Shown piece by piece: positions 1 to 11,074 of a stretch of 64,000 nt of DNA. The position numbers and the translations under genes were made by a program. The stretch lies in assembly GCF_013167455.1 (NCBI RefSeq), contig NZ_CP038328.1; one strand, 5' to 3'. The DNA comes from Escherichia coli O157:H7 (GTDB lineage Bacteria > Pseudomonadota > Gammaproteobacteria > Enterobacterales > Enterobacteriaceae). Every line of letters begins with the position of its first letter. Position 1 is the first letter of the stretch. The notes beneath the pieces were generated by a model. That model was not told where the DNA came from and searched no databases. It saw only the letters and a program-made list of their open reading frames with translations.

Positions 1-168
1 AAAGCGTAGCAGCAGACGTGCACGGCATAATGTAAAGATTCCAAATGATTCCAGTAATGGATTGTTATTGTTTAATATTCTAATTATTTGAAAAACATGA
101 ATTATGAAAAATGTGACGCAGATCCCTTGTAGTGGCACTCAGAATCCCTTCCGAGCAGTCTGATGCGG

Positions 169-369
<201 letters not shown>

Positions 370-409
370 TTATTTCACGGGATGAACGTTAAGTATAGGC
401 GCTCGAAAA

Positions 410-934
410 TCAACAATTGATCGTCTGCGCCAGGGCGCTGCGAATTTCAGAAATCACCTGGCTGGGTTCGTTTGTTGCGTCGATGATAATATGCGCAACT
501 TCGCGATATAGCGCATCGCGTTCTTCCAGCACTTCCTGAACTTCTTCGCTCAGCGGTTTTCCCGTTAAGGTTGGCCGTAAATCTTCTTCCGGTGCAGCTT
601 GCAGTCGGTTAACCAGGACTGATACTGGCGCACACAAATAAACCACGATCCCGTTATTTTGCATGAAGTGACGATTAAATTCCGTCAGAATAATGCCGCC
701 GCCTGTAGCGATAACGGTGGATGGCGCAGTTACCGCTTCCAGCGCCGCCGTTTCTCTGGCGCGAAATCCCGCCCACTCTTCCCTTTCGACGATCTCCGCG
801 ACCGTCATATTGAGCTGTGATTGCAACCACTGATCGGTATCGACAAACCGACGGTTAAGCGAATCGGCAAGGGCCATTCCGACCGTTGTTTTACCACAGC
901 CCCGAGGCCCGATCAGAAAAAGAGGTTGTGTCAT
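410..934 (-). CDS. aroL: Shikimate kinase II
   Basis: 174-aa ORF with Walker [10 protein letters not shown] and shikimate-kinase fold; sequence recognised as AroL. Confidence 0.95.
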
Positions 935-999
935 CGTGGGTTTTCCCCAATAGGTCGCAATGCGGCGAAAGCCGGTGTCATGAGAATAGCGATCATACC

Positions 1000-1116
1000 A
1001 TCAAACTAGTACAATTTCGATTGTAAAGAAAAAATTCCACTTAAAGTGAAAATCTCAATACATCCCTTACTATACCAATAAATATTCAAGAATGAAGTGT
1101 AAATAATAAATTACAT
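1000..1116 (-). promoter_or_regulatory. aroL upstream regulatory region with a TrpR-operator-like ACTAGTAC (~1004-1012) and TyrR-box-like TGTAAA-N6-ATTACA (~1098-1115) and TGTAAAG (~1022-1028)
   Basis: Motifs read directly; aroL is known to be TyrR/TrpR-regulated. Exact operator boundaries not verified. Confidence 0.45.
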
Positions 1117-1575
1117 TTAGCCACGACTACGTTGCACTTCCAGCCACCACTTCTCCAGCTCCGCGGCAAAGGCCTGGCGGTCACGTTGTGAAAGGCTATC
1201 TGGTCCGCCGGTCTGGATCCCACTGGCACGTAAGGTATCCATAAAATCGCGCATCGTCAGGCGCTCACGAATGGTCGCTGGCGTGTAACGTTCACCGCGC
1301 GGATTAAGCGCCGCAGCGCCTTTCTCGATGGCTTCAGCAGCCAAAGGTATATCTGCGGTGATCACCAAATCTCCCGCTTCACACTGCCGGACAATTTCGT
1401 TATCGGCAACGTCGAAACCTGCCGCGACGCGCAGCGTACGAATAAATCGCGATGGCGGCACGCGTAAACTCTGGTTTGCTACCAGTACCAGCGGCATCTG
1501 CATACGTTCCGCCGCGCGATACAAAATCTCTTTAATTACATTGGGACACGCGTCGGCATCCACCCAAATTGTCAT
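1117..1575 (-). CDS. yaiI: UPF0178-family protein YaiI (152 aa); listed ORF extends 40 codons upstream, start at MTIWVDADA preferred
   Basis: Translation matches remembered YaiI; a 1575 start avoids overlap with the divergent proC start. Confidence 0.8.
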   Translation of the reverse strand: MTIWVDADACPNVIKEILYRAAERMQMPLVLVANQSLRVPPSRFIRTLRVAAGFDVADNEIVRQCEAGDLVITADIPLAAEAIEKGAAALNPRGERYTPATIRERLTMRDFMDTLRASGIQTGGPDSLSQRDRQAFAAELEKWWLEVQRSRG

Positions 1576-1694
1576 AAAGTCATCCTTTGTTGGGTAATCC
1601 TCTATTGTGTCGCGCTTTTGCCTTCCGGCATAGTTCTGTTTATGCTTCTGCCAGCGATTATCAAAACAATGAATTTCACGGCAGGAGTGAGGCA

Positions 1695-2504
1695 ATGGAA
1701 AAGAAAATCGGTTTTATTGGCTGCGGCAATATGGGAAAAGCCATTCTCGGCGGTCTGATTGCCAGCGGTCAGGTGCTTCCAGGGCAAATCTGGGTATATA
1801 CCCCCTCCCCGGATAAAGTCGCCGCCCTGCATGACAAGTTCGGCATCAACGCCGCAGAATCGGCGCAAGAAGTGGCGCAAATCGCCGACATCATTTTTGC
1901 CGCCGTTAAACCTGGCATCATGATTAAAGTGCTTAGCGAAATCACCTCCAGCCTCAATAAAGACTCTCTGGTCGTTTCTATTGCTGCAGGCGTCACGCTC
2001 GACCAGCTTGCCCGCGCGCTGGGCCATGACCGGAAAATTATCCGCGCCATGCCGAACACTCCCGCGCTGGTTAATGCCGGGATGACCTCCGTAACGCCAA
2101 ACGCGCTGGTAACCCCAGAAGATACCGCTGATGTGCTGAATATTTTCCGCTGCTTTGGCGAAGCGGAAGTAATTGCTGAGCCGATGATCCACCCGGTGGT
2201 CGGTGTGAGCGGTTCTTCGCCAGCCTACGTCTTTATGTTTATCGAAGCGATGGCCGACGCCGCCGTGCTGGGCGGGATGCCACGCGCCCAGGCGTATAAA
2301 TTTGCCGCTCAGGCGGTAATGGGTTCCGCAAAAATGGTGCTGGAAACGGGAGAACATCCGGGGGCACTGAAAGATATGGTCTGCTCACCGGGAGGCACCA
2401 CCATTGAAGCGGTACGCGTACTGGAAGAGAAAGGCTTCCGTGCCGCAGTGATCGAAGCGATGACGAAGTGTATGGAAAAATCAGAAAAACTCAGCAAATC
2501 CTGA
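1695..2504 (+). CDS. proC: Pyrroline-5-carboxylate reductase (269 aa)
   Basis: [21 protein letters not shown]... Rossmann NAD(P)-binding N-terminus; internal ATG chosen over the longer listed ORF. Confidence 0.95.
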   Translation: MEKKIGFIGCGNMGKAILGGLIASGQVLPGQIWVYTPSPDKVAALHDKFGINAAESAQEVAQIADIIFAAVKPGIMIKVLSEITSSLNKDSLVVSIAAGVTLDQLARALGHDRKIIRAMPNTPALVNAGMTSVTPNALVTPEDTADVLNIFRCFGEAEVIAEPMIHPVVGVSGSSPAYVFMFIEAMADAAVLGGMPRAQAYKFAAQAVMGSAKMVLETGEHPGALKDMVCSPGGTTIEAVRVLEEKGFRAAVIEAMTKCMEKSEKLSKS

Positions 2505-2512
2505 TGACTTTC

Positions 2513-2560
2513 GCCGGACGTCAGGCCGCCACTTCGGTGCGGTTACGTCCGGCTTTCTTT
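2513..2560. terminator. Hairpin GCCGGACGT...ACGTCCGGC followed by a T-tract, a likely intrinsic terminator for proC lying at the convergent junction with dgcC
   Basis: Inverted repeat plus TTTCTTT read directly after the proC stop; overlaps the dgcC 3' end. Confidence 0.5.
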
Positions 2561-3636
2561 GCTTTGTAGAGCGCCAAATCTGCCGATTTCAACCACTCGC
2601 GATAGTGACTCATTTGTGGGTTCAGCGGCGCAACCCCCACACTAATCCGTAAATTTACCTGTGGCGTATTCGGCAAACGTAATGTATTTAGCCCTTCATG
2701 CACCCGTAACATGGCGGTAATGGCGCTCTCAGCTGGCGTACCGGACATGATTACCGCAAACTCATCGCCGCCAAACCGACCAATCACATCGCTACCGCGC
2801 AGGGTAATTTGTAACTGTCGGGTAAGCGCCACAATCGCTTCATCGCCCACATCATGGCCCCAGGTATCGTTGATGCTCTTGAAATGGTCGATATCGATAA
2901 TCAGTAACGTTGCATCGCGATTATGCCGCCGACAGTTATCAAATTCATTGCGTAACATAGTTTCCCAATGACGTCGGTTATACACGCCCGTCATGCCGTC
3001 GCGGGTACTCATGACCTGCAACCTGCGTTTATGTTCCGCCAGTTTGGTTGCCGTCTGGTAGCTGACCCAGCCAAACAGCAGAGGATAAATGACAATAATG
3101 GGAAGGGAGAGCCACCATTCCAGCGGCGCACTATTGAACGACACGGTAATGCCCGTCAGCTCGAGGGTGACAAGGCAGGAAACCACCATCAACACCAGAC
3201 CCGCGACAAACAGACGGGGGCCGCCTGCCCCCATCAAATTCAGACACATAATCATCAACATCGCGGTGGAAGGCAGCACGTTTACGCCCATTACGCCTAC
3301 CCACATTCCCGCTAATACTGCATCGGTTTTTAAGTTGTAAATTTCCCGGCTAAGCGGATCGACGGCCCTGCTCGCTATCTGCCAGGCTAAATGCGGCCAG
3401 ACGAACGCCCAGCCGACCAACACCAGCCACCACCAGCCCGGCGGCGGGTGTGAAACCAGCGTTGAAGCAATCGGTAAGAACATGCCAGCCAGGCCAACCG
3501 CACGGGGTAGTCTGACGCGACGGGCGAAGCGCAGCCCGGACCGCTGATGTTCGTTTTGAGGAGTTAAAGGAGGTTCCTCCCCGTGCGCCGCCGCTTTTTT
3601 GAAAAAGTTTTCATCATTCATTATTTTTGGGAACAT
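2521..3636 (-). CDS. dgcC: Diguanylate cyclase DgcC (AdrA/YaiC), MASE2 membrane domain plus GGDEF
   Basis: 371-aa ORF with RFGGDEF motif and hydrophobic N-terminal half; matches remembered YaiC. Confidence 0.9.
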   Translation of the reverse strand: MFPKIMNDENFFKKAAAHGEEPPLTPQNEHQRSGLRFARRVRLPRAVGLAGMFLPIASTLVSHPPPGWWWLVLVGWAFVWPHLAWQIASRAVDPLSREIYNLKTDAVLAGMWVGVMGVNVLPSTAMLMIMCLNLMGAGGPRLFVAGLVLMVVSCLVTLELTGITVSFNSAPLEWWLSLPIIVIYPLLFGWVSYQTATKLAEHKRRLQVMSTRDGMTGVYNRRHWETMLRNEFDNCRRHNRDATLLIIDIDHFKSINDTWGHDVGDEAIVALTRQLQITLRGSDVIGRFGGDEFAVIMSGTPAESAITAMLRVHEGLNTLRLPNTPQVNLRISVGVAPLNPQMSHYREWLKSADLALYKAKKAGRNRTEVAA

Positions 3637-3737
3637 TCAGAAACAATTTTCCCAAATTATAGAGACGGGGCTAAAGGCAGAAGTATGAAATTTCGGGTGA
3701 GCCATTTTAGTAGCTCACCCGTTAGCACTATCAGGTA

Positions 3738-4058
3738 TCAGGCGGCTTTCTTGAGGCAGGCGCTCATAAACTTATTACGATCATCACCTTTCAGTGATTG
3801 TTGCGTTGCTTGATTATTACATTCGCGCATCTTTTGCTGCTGTGGCGTCAAACTTTTTTCACCAGGCGCAGACTTGCTGTTCTTCAGGCAATCACTCATG
3901 TAGGTCTTACGAGCATCCCCTTTCAACGCCTGTGCCGTCGCCTGCTGATTACAGGAGGTCATACGCTGTTGTTGTGGGGTTAAGGTTCTCTCGGCAGCGC
4001 CGACGGTGGTTAAAAAAACCAGACCGAAAAGCAAGGTAACCAGTAATGTAATTTTCAT
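3738..4058 (-). CDS. psiF: Phosphate-starvation-inducible protein PsiF (106 aa; ORF could start 6 codons earlier)
   Basis: Signal peptide plus two repeated TPQQQ...C..QA...LKGD modules; located downstream of phoA. Confidence 0.8.
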   Translation of the reverse strand: MKITLLVTLLFGLVFLTTVGAAERTLTPQQQRMTSCNQQATAQALKGDARKTYMSDCLKNSKSAPGEKSLTPQQQKMRECNNQATQQSLKGDDRNKFMSACLKKAA

Positions 4059-4132
4059 AGCACCATCCCTCTTCATGTTTTAACCATGAGCGTATGCGCC
4101 CGTGATCTGACATTAAGTCTGGTTGCTAACAG

Positions 4133-4169
4133 CAAAAAAACCACCCGGCAGCGAAAATTCACTGCCGGG
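4133..4169 (-). terminator. Stem-loop CCCGGCAG-N10-CTGCCGGG followed by a T-run on the minus strand, between phoA and psiF
   Basis: Read directly; classic intrinsic-terminator architecture 8-10 nt after the phoA stop. Confidence 0.6.
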
Positions 4170-4176
4170 AGCGGTT

Positions 4177-5615
4177 TTATTTCAGCCCCAGAGCGGCTTT
4201 CATGGTGTAGAAGAGATCGGTCTGGTCGGTCAGTCCAACGACATTGGCGGCATGCGGGCCATACGCCGCAATACGCAACTGACTGCCGGTATGTTCTTGT
4301 GAATCCTCTTCGGAGTTCCCGTAACTCATCACCATCACTGCGCCATCTTTGGTATTTAGCGCCTGAGTGAGGCCCGGAGCTTTGGTATCCGGCGCAACAA
4401 TCTGGCTGGCGTGGGCGTGATCAGCGGTGACTATGACCAGCGTGTTACCATCCTTTTTGGCGAATTCCAGCGCCCGTTGTACGGCTTCATCGAGATCGAC
4501 CGTCTCGCCAATTTGCCCACAAGGATTCGCAGCATGATCCTGTTTATCGATTGACGCACCTTCAACTTGCAGGAAAAAGCCTTTCTCATTTTTACTCAAC
4601 AATTCAATGGCTTTGTCGGTCATCTGTGCCAGGGTCGGTACACTGTCATTACGTTGCGGATTAGGCGTACAGGTGACTGCGGGCTTATCGATATTACCGT
4701 GGTACGTTGCTTTCGGTCCTAGCCAGCGCACTGGCATATTGCCGTCAGCAAACAGGCCAAGCAGGGGTTTTTGCTGATTCGCTTCCGTCACCGAATTCAG
4801 TGAGGCAGCATCGCTCACCAACTGATAACCACGCGCCTGTGCCTGTTCACGCAGCGTTTTTCCCTGCCATTCACCAGCGGTTGCCGTTTCAGCAAAGGTT
4901 TTTGCGCCGCCGCCAAGCGTAACGTCGGCACGAGCGTTAAGCAGCTGTTCGGTAATCGATCCTTTTCCGCCTTTTTCCAGAGCGTTACCCGGACATTTTT
5001 CACTGGTCGCGCTCGGACCGTAGCATTTGCGCGAGGTCACATGCGCCACCAGCGCGGCGGGCGTGGCATCCTGCAACTCTGCGGTAGAAACGTTACCGGT
5101 CGCCAGACCTGCGGCTTTTGCCATTTCCAGAATCGTTGGGTGATCTTTTTCGTGAATATCGACGCCCAGCGCGCCGTTATAGGTTTTGACACCGGTTGAC
5201 CAGGCGGTTGCTGATGCAGCCGAGTCGGTGACGTAGTCCGGTTTTCCGGTTTTTTTATTCAGCGCATAGTGAGTGTATTGCCCGGTAAGCGGTAAGGCAT
5301 CGATACCTTTAAAAAAGCCGCCCGCACCTTCGGCATAATTACGTGCGGCAGTAATTTCCGAATCCCCCATCCCATCGCCAATCAGCAAAATAATATTTTT
5401 TGCAGGTTTATCGCTAAGAGAATCACGCAGAGCGGCGGTCTGATCAGCCGTTAAGCGGCGGTCTGATCAGCCGTTAAGCGGCGAGCACCGCCGGGTGCAG
5501 TAATATCGCCCTGAGCAGCCCGGTTTTCCAGAACAGGCATTTCTGGTGTCCGGGCTTTTGTCACAGGGGTAAACAGTAACGGTAAGAGTGCCAGTGCAAT
5601 AGTGCTTTGTTTCAC
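4177..5615 (-). pseudogene. phoA: Alkaline phosphatase phoA, reading frame broken by a 23-bp direct tandem duplication in the region encoding the first residues of the mature protein
   Basis: N-terminal fragment (ORF 5451..5684: ...[54 protein letters not shown]) and C-terminal fragment (4177..5388) lie in different frames. The span from the GTG start to the stop is 1439 nt, which is 1416 + 23. Confidence 0.85.
5432..5477. repeat. Perfect direct tandem duplication of a 23-bp unit (plus strand GCGGCGGTCTGATCAGCCGTTAA x2) inside phoA
   Basis: Both copies read directly and adjacent; the second copy brings a TAA in frame. Confidence 0.9.
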
Positions 5616-5677
5616 TTTATTTTCTCCATGTACAAATACATTAAAAAATAAAAACAAAGCGACTATAAGTCTCGGCC

Positions 5678-5695
5678 GTGACAACTTTATGACAG
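5678..5695 (-). promoter_or_regulatory. Pho box (CTGTCATAAAGTTGTCAC on the minus strand) of the phoA promoter, with -10 TATAGT about 10 bp downstream
   Basis: Matches the remembered K-12 phoA promoter sequence CTGTCATAAAGTTGTCACGGCCGAGACTTATAGTCGC. Confidence 0.8.
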
Positions 5696-5715
5696 CTGTT
5701 GAAAAGATTAACTTT

Positions 5716-5976
5716 TTACTGACGAGGATGCTTCAATAACTTCTTTACGTAATCGCGCAGCAGCTCCGTATCGTCGTCAGGAATGCTGGCATCGGGCTTT
5801 ACCTCGTACAGCGCCCCCTCTACCTGATCAATCAACCGCTGTTGGTCATTTTGCGCCATATTGCGAAGCATTGCAGTGACGATAATCTCCAAAGCTTCTA
5901 CCTGCGCACACAGTTCTTTCGACTCTTCTTCTTTTTGGGCAAGCTTAAATAACAACTCAGCAATGAGATTTTTCAT
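5716..5976 (-). CDS. iraP: Anti-adaptor protein IraP (86 aa)
   Basis: [32 protein letters not shown]... coiled-coil small protein; position upstream of phoA. Confidence 0.85.
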
Positions 5977-6438
5977 GTCTGTATTTCCTTATCCAAAGTA
6001 TGGAGAAGTTAACATTATGTTTCACAACTTCATAGTGTCTGGAGGTATTATTTTTATGGCAAAGGAAATACTTTGCGCAAATATTTTTTGTTTGATTACC
6101 AGCGAAACGTTTCTCTTATTTAAATAATTACCCACACAAAACATAGGCTTTTAATTATCAACCTTTATTATAAATAAAAGTTATGAAATATATTCTCTTC
6201 GTTAACTTATAATTAAGAGAAAAAAACTCACCGCATGGCCATTTAAGCCAGGAATAAATTAGCTTCCCGTTCATCATTTTTGTGATCTTGCGCACATCTT
6301 TGAGATAACGCACTTTCTTCACCAGTACGTTGCACGCTTTGTCAGCAGAAGATTGCAACAATCTTTCAGAAGGCCGCGAATCCCCCGTTTTGTCGTGGTA
6401 ATGTATGCACTTTGTGTTAGACGGGATAGGTTTTTAAG

Positions 6439-7533
6439 ATGGAAAAACTGCGGGTAGGAATCGTTTTTGGTGGTAAATCAGCGGAACATGAAGTGTCTCT
6501 GCAATCGGCAAAAAACATTGTCGATGCCATTGATAAAAGTCGCTTCGACGTTGTGCTGCTGGGCATTGATAAACAAGGGCAATGGCACGTCAGCGATGCC
6601 AGCAATTATCTGCTAAATGCAGACGATCCTGCCCATATTGCGTTGCGCCCTTCGGCGACCAGCCTCGCCCAGGTGCCAGGTAAACATGAGCATCAGCTTA
6701 TCGACGCGCAAAACGGTCAGCCGTTGCCGACGGTGGATGTCATTTTCCCGATTGTCCACGGTACGCTGGGCGAAGATGGTTCCTTGCAGGGAATGCTGCG
6801 GGTCGCCAATTTACCGTTTGTAGGTTCTGATGTTCTGGCTTCAGCAGCCTGTATGGATAAAGATGTCACCAAACGTCTGCTACGCGATGCCGGGCTGAAC
6901 ATTGCGCCATTTATTACCCTGACGCGCGCTAATCGTCACAACATCAGTTTTGCCGAAGTGGAGTCTAAACTGGGGTTACCACTGTTTGTAAAACCGGCTA
7001 ATCAGGGCTCTTCTGTTGGTGTCAGCAAAGTAACCAGTGAAGAACAATACGCAATTGCCGTCGATCTGGCGTTCGAGTTCGATCATAAAGTGATCGTTGA
7101 GCAAGGGATCAAAGGTCGTGAGATCGAATGCGCAGTTCTGGGCAACGACAATCCGCAAGCCAGCACCTGTGGCGAGATCGTACTCACCAGCGATTTCTAT
7201 GCCTACGACACCAAGTACATTGACGAAGATGGCGCGAAAGTGGTAGTTCCGGCAGCCATTGCGCCAGAAATCAACGATAAGATCCGGGCGATTGCCGTTC
7301 AGGCTTATCAGACGTTGGGATGCGCAGGCATGGCGCGTGTAGACGTGTTTTTAACCCCAGAGAACGAAGTGGTGATCAACGAGATCAACACACTGCCTGG
7401 CTTCACCAACATCAGTATGTATCCGAAGCTGTGGCAAGCCAGCGGTCTGGGTTACACCGATCTGATCACACGTTTGATTGAGCTGGCGCTGGAGCGTCAC
7501 GCTGCGGATAACGCATTGAAAACCACAATGTAA
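6439..7533 (+). CDS. ddlA: D-alanine--D-alanine ligase A (364 aa)
   Basis: ATP-grasp ligase with [25 protein letters not shown]-terminus; recognised as DdlA. Confidence 0.95.
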   Translation: MEKLRVGIVFGGKSAEHEVSLQSAKNIVDAIDKSRFDVVLLGIDKQGQWHVSDASNYLLNADDPAHIALRPSATSLAQVPGKHEHQLIDAQNGQPLPTVDVIFPIVHGTLGEDGSLQGMLRVANLPFVGSDVLASAACMDKDVTKRLLRDAGLNIAPFITLTRANRHNISFAEVESKLGLPLFVKPANQGSSVGVSKVTSEEQYAIAVDLAFEFDHKVIVEQGIKGREIECAVLGNDNPQASTCGEIVLTSDFYAYDTKYIDEDGAKVVVPAAIAPEINDKIRAIAVQAYQTLGCAGMARVDVFLTPENEVVINEINTLPGFTNISMYPKLWQASGLGYTDLITRLIELALERHAADNALKTTM

Positions 7534-7540
7534 TATTTTA

Positions 7541-7570
7541 ACGCCCGATAATATTCTTATTGGGCGTTTT
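7541..7570. terminator. Hairpin AACGCCCGATAA...TTATTGGGCGTT at the convergent ddlA/yaiZ junction
   Basis: Inverted repeat read directly after the ddlA stop; overlaps the yaiZ 3' end. Confidence 0.45.
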
Positions 7571-7769
7571 CAGTTTCTTCATCGCGACGACGAATAATCA
7601 ACCCCGCCAGCCAGAAACTAATCACCCACGTCACCAGACCGACGGCATAGGTCTGCCAACCTTTTGCTTCAAATCCCAGTAACCCCACCACGCCATTAAG
7701 AATGAATATAAGGCCAATGGCGAACGCATAGTAGTGCCAGTCACGGCGGATTTTTACAGGCAGATTCAT
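7557..7769 (-). CDS. yaiZ: Small inner-membrane protein YaiZ (70 aa; listed ORF is longer, start at MNLPVKIRRDW preferred)
   Basis: Two predicted TM helices; matches remembered YaiZ. Confidence 0.7.
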   Translation of the reverse strand: MNLPVKIRRDWHYYAFAIGLIFILNGVVGLLGFEAKGWQTYAVGLVTWVISFWLAGLIIRRRDEETENAQ

Positions 7770-8028
7770 GGCTGCTCCGTTAACGAAAAACAACATCCTT
7801 GCATATTCTGCAACAACCGTCTGTGGTGTAGACAACATTTTCGCAATTGTTAATAAATTTAACTTAAAGTTGCTATTTTGTGACTCGCAACGAAGATTCA
7901 CGCTTCGGGAATATTCCCAACATCAATTTACCATGATTCTGATATTGACAATCTAAATGACCTGTCAGACTTGCCATAAGCCGCTGGTATCACACCAGAA
8001 GAGAAGCAGATGACTTCCGGAGGTTTTT

Positions 8029-8337
8029 ATGGCTGATTTCACCCTGTCAAAATCGCTGTTTAGCGGAAAATATCGCAATGCCTCTTCAACGCCTGGCAAC
8101 ATTGCCTATGCGTTGTTTGTGCTGTTTTGCTTTTGGGCTGGGGCGCAATTGCTGAACCTGTTAGTGCATGCGCCCGGCGTCTATGAGCGTTTAATGCAGG
8201 TCCAGGAAACAGGTCGCCCACGGGTGGAAATTGGTTTAGGTGTCGGCACCATTTTCGGGCTGATCCCGTTTTTAGTAGGCTGCCTCATTTTTGCAGTGGT
8301 GGCGCTATGGCTGCACTGGCGACATCGCCGCCAGTAA
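8029..8337 (+). CDS. yaiY: Inner-membrane protein YaiY (102 aa)
   Basis: Two hydrophobic helices, ends RHRRQ; synteny with yaiZ and yaiW. Confidence 0.8.
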
Positions 8338-8395
8338 GATTTACGTTGCCAGATACGGCCTAAAACGCCTTATCTGGCATGACATTCCTGTTTGT

Positions 8396-9490
8396 TCACT
8401 GTTTCATACAACGCGCCCGCCGTTCGTCTACGCGCTTCGCAAACCAGGCCGTAGTCAGGTTGCGGGTGATTTTCGGGCTTTCCAGTTGAATGCCAGGCAA
8501 CATTTCGCGGGGGAGTGATTTACCCGTTTTCGCTTCGGCAAGTTGATAAACTTTCTTGTACAGCGCCGTCTCCTCAAAAGAGAAGCTGTCACCTTTCTCT
8601 AGCTGACGACGAATTTCGCTGTCGCTCATCCCCAGTTTTGCCGCCAGTTTGCGCGTTGCCAGTTCGGTTTTCCCGGGTTCTTTACTGTCGTAACGAATTA
8701 AATCACCGTCCAGTGCCAGCTTCACGCCGCTGGCCTTACTGACCGCGTTCTGAAACGCGGCATTACGGCTGGCGTACCAGCCAGCGTTAAAATCAGCAAA
8801 ACGGTATATCGGTGCGCTATAACTGGCGGGATAATTCAGTAAATGGTAAGTACCAAACCACAACCCGCCGCGGCGACTAAAGACTTCCTGACGGACTGTA
8901 CCGTCCATTTTCCACGGATACCCTTTGGTATGCTGTTCGGCAAAAGCAATGCTGACCTGCATCGGCCCACCGGTGCGCACCGGATTAAGCGAACCAAACA
9001 ACGTCTGCCCCATTGGCACCATGCTGATCAGATCGTCAAAAATCCCGCTCAATTGCTTTTCTGTACGCACCGAATCTAACCGTTCGCTATAACTTTTGCC
9101 GTTTGGCGATTTGATTTTTAGCGCAGTATGAACCAGAAAAGCAGGAATGTGCATCCGTTCAGCACGACGGTCAATCTCTTGCCAGGCGATCTTGCTTAAG
9201 CCCGGAACGGCCGGATCTGCCTGATAATTTGACTCCTGCTGCGCCACCGCCAGCACCGAGCAGACGTTTTCCAGCGTCGGTGCCAGCCCCTGACTTTCAA
9301 AGGTGGTGGCGAGATCTTTCGCCCAGGCATCGCGGTCTTTCACGCTCGCAGGCATCTTCTGCCGCACCACGCTAGCCACATCTATCGCTTTTTCGCCCTT
9401 TTTCAACGGCTGTGGCGCCTGACTGCTACACCCCGCTAAAACCAGAACCGCCAAAAATGAAAGCGAAGACAGATGATTGACTCGCGACAT
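8396..9490 (-). CDS. yaiW: Lipoprotein YaiW (364 aa), co-transcribed downstream of sbmA
   Basis: Lipobox LAGC in the signal peptide; 12-bp gap after sbmA. Confidence 0.85.
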   Translation of the reverse strand: MSRVNHLSSLSFLAVLVLAGCSSQAPQPLKKGEKAIDVASVVRQKMPASVKDRDAWAKDLATTFESQGLAPTLENVCSVLAVAQQESNYQADPAVPGLSKIAWQEIDRRAERMHIPAFLVHTALKIKSPNGKSYSERLDSVRTEKQLSGIFDDLISMVPMGQTLFGSLNPVRTGGPMQVSIAFAEQHTKGYPWKMDGTVRQEVFSRRGGLWFGTYHLLNYPASYSAPIYRFADFNAGWYASRNAAFQNAVSKASGVKLALDGDLIRYDSKEPGKTELATRKLAAKLGMSDSEIRRQLEKGDSFSFEETALYKKVYQLAEAKTGKSLPREMLPGIQLESPKITRNLTTAWFAKRVDERRARCMKQ

Positions 9491-9502
9491 TACTTCTCCT
9501 TT

Positions 9503-10723
9503 TTAGCTCAAGGTATGGGTTACTTCCTGAATTTTGTCACCATCCAGCTCATGTTCAAAGCTGCGCAGACGTTTGTAGATAGACATCAACTCAACCAGTG
9601 TGGTCCATGAGTTAATCAGGTACTGGAAAGCACCGCGAACCTGACCAAAAACGTTGGTAATCTGCGTCATCAGGCCGAGCGTAATCGTACCGGCAACAAT
9701 TGACGGAAACAGCAAGAACAAACCGAAAACGTTATCGACCTGCAAATAGAGAATGCGAGCGATGTTGAAATACATATAGTGAAAATAGAGGCGGAAATAG
9801 TTTTTCCGTACGGCGCTAAACAGCTCGCGTACCGTTGGCGGCGTCGCGCGCGTGGCATCGTCTTCACCATAAACCAGCTCTTTACGGTAGGCAGCCTCTA
9901 CACGCTGGTTTTTAAACTCCAGCCCCGGCAGTTTGATCCCTACCACTGCCAGCAATCCGGTCCCCATCAGCGACCAGACGATAGCGGCAATCACCAGACC
10001 ATACGGAATGTGCCCGATAATCGGCAGCTCCGGCACATGCGCGGAGAGCGTTACCAACACCGGCAGGAAGGCGATCAACGTCATGATGGCGTTGATAAAA
10101 CTGACACCCATATTCTCCAGCGTTGAAGCAAAACGCATGGTGTCTTCCTGCACACGCTGTGCGGCGCCTTCGATATGACGCAGTTGTTGCCAGTTCGCCA
10201 TGTAATATTCGTTCATCGCCGTACGCCAGCGGAACACGTAGTGACTGACAAAGAAGTTATTCAGCACACTGATCACTACCGCGATCAGCGCAATCCCCAG
10301 AAAGACGCCCACTTCGCGGTAAAATTGTTCGATAGTGACTTTATGCGGCGAACTTAGCGCGGTTTGAATCAGATCATAGAACGGTGCATACCAGGCGTTG
10401 ACGGCAACCCCAACTTCCACCAAAAACCAGGTGACGAAGATGATCAGTGCAGTACCGAGTATTGACCAGTATTGCCAACGGTGCGGGCTGTAGATAAACC
10501 AGAACAATGCAAAAAGTCCTACGCAAACAATGTAGTAAGCGTAAAAAATCAGGAAATCCAACGACCAGAAACGCGCGGCGCTAATCGGGATCTGCCCGGA
10601 AGCGCCGGTGATACGCGCCACCCAGTCCCCCCCACCGGCTTGCCAGAAGATAACGGCAATCAATGCCCAAACAAAGGCCGAGAGAAAAAACGTTCCCGGC
10701 TTTGGGAAAAAAGACTTAAACAT
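9503..10723 (-). CDS. sbmA: Peptide/antimicrobial-peptide transporter SbmA (406 aa; start at [10 protein letters not shown])
   Basis: Polytopic membrane protein matching remembered SbmA. Confidence 0.9.
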   Translation of the reverse strand: MFKSFFPKPGTFFLSAFVWALIAVIFWQAGGGDWVARITGASGQIPISAARFWSLDFLIFYAYYIVCVGLFALFWFIYSPHRWQYWSILGTALIIFVTWFLVEVGVAVNAWYAPFYDLIQTALSSPHKVTIEQFYREVGVFLGIALIAVVISVLNNFFVSHYVFRWRTAMNEYYMANWQQLRHIEGAAQRVQEDTMRFASTLENMGVSFINAIMTLIAFLPVLVTLSAHVPELPIIGHIPYGLVIAAIVWSLMGTGLLAVVGIKLPGLEFKNQRVEAAYRKELVYGEDDATRATPPTVRELFSAVRKNYFRLYFHYMYFNIARILYLQVDNVFGLFLLFPSIVAGTITLGLMTQITNVFGQVRGAFQYLINSWTTLVELMSIYKRLRSFEHELDGDKIQEVTHTLS

Positions 10724-11074
10724 ATGCACTCCTGCTAACTTCTTATCGTTTTAACAACTGCTGTGTATTAACCGCATGACCGCTACAAAGCGTCAGCCAA
10801 ATGAAACCGCCCATTGTGACTCATAGCAAGGCGCTTAGTTCGCCAGCCTGGCCATAAGAATTGTTTCGACGGATTTCACAAACCAAAGATTGTTTACATA
10901 AGCGGATTAACACGCGCAGGATCACAAATGCAGGCATTGGTGAGCAGGAAAAAGATCGTGTTTACGCGCCGTTACGTTTTTAACACTATTATTGCACTAA
11001 TTCGCCCTTTGCAATCCATCAATGAGTAGTATAAATACGCTCAGTTACCTTCATTCAATTTATGGACACCACCG

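Noticed and set aside
1-168. Possible 5' end of aroM
   Set aside because: By K-12 spacing the aroM start should lie beyond the window edge; no supporting ORF in the track.
1602-2357. 251-aa minus-strand ORF
   Set aside because: Antisense to proC, whose identity is secure; a high-GC shadow ORF.
5861-6127. 88-aa plus-strand ORF
   Set aside because: Partly antisense to iraP and otherwise in AT-rich intergenic DNA; low-complexity translation.
6158-6361. 67-aa minus-strand ORF in the iraP-ddlA intergenic region
   Set aside because: Lies in AT-rich promoter DNA with no RBS or conservation evidence visible; cannot be supported as a gene from sequence alone.
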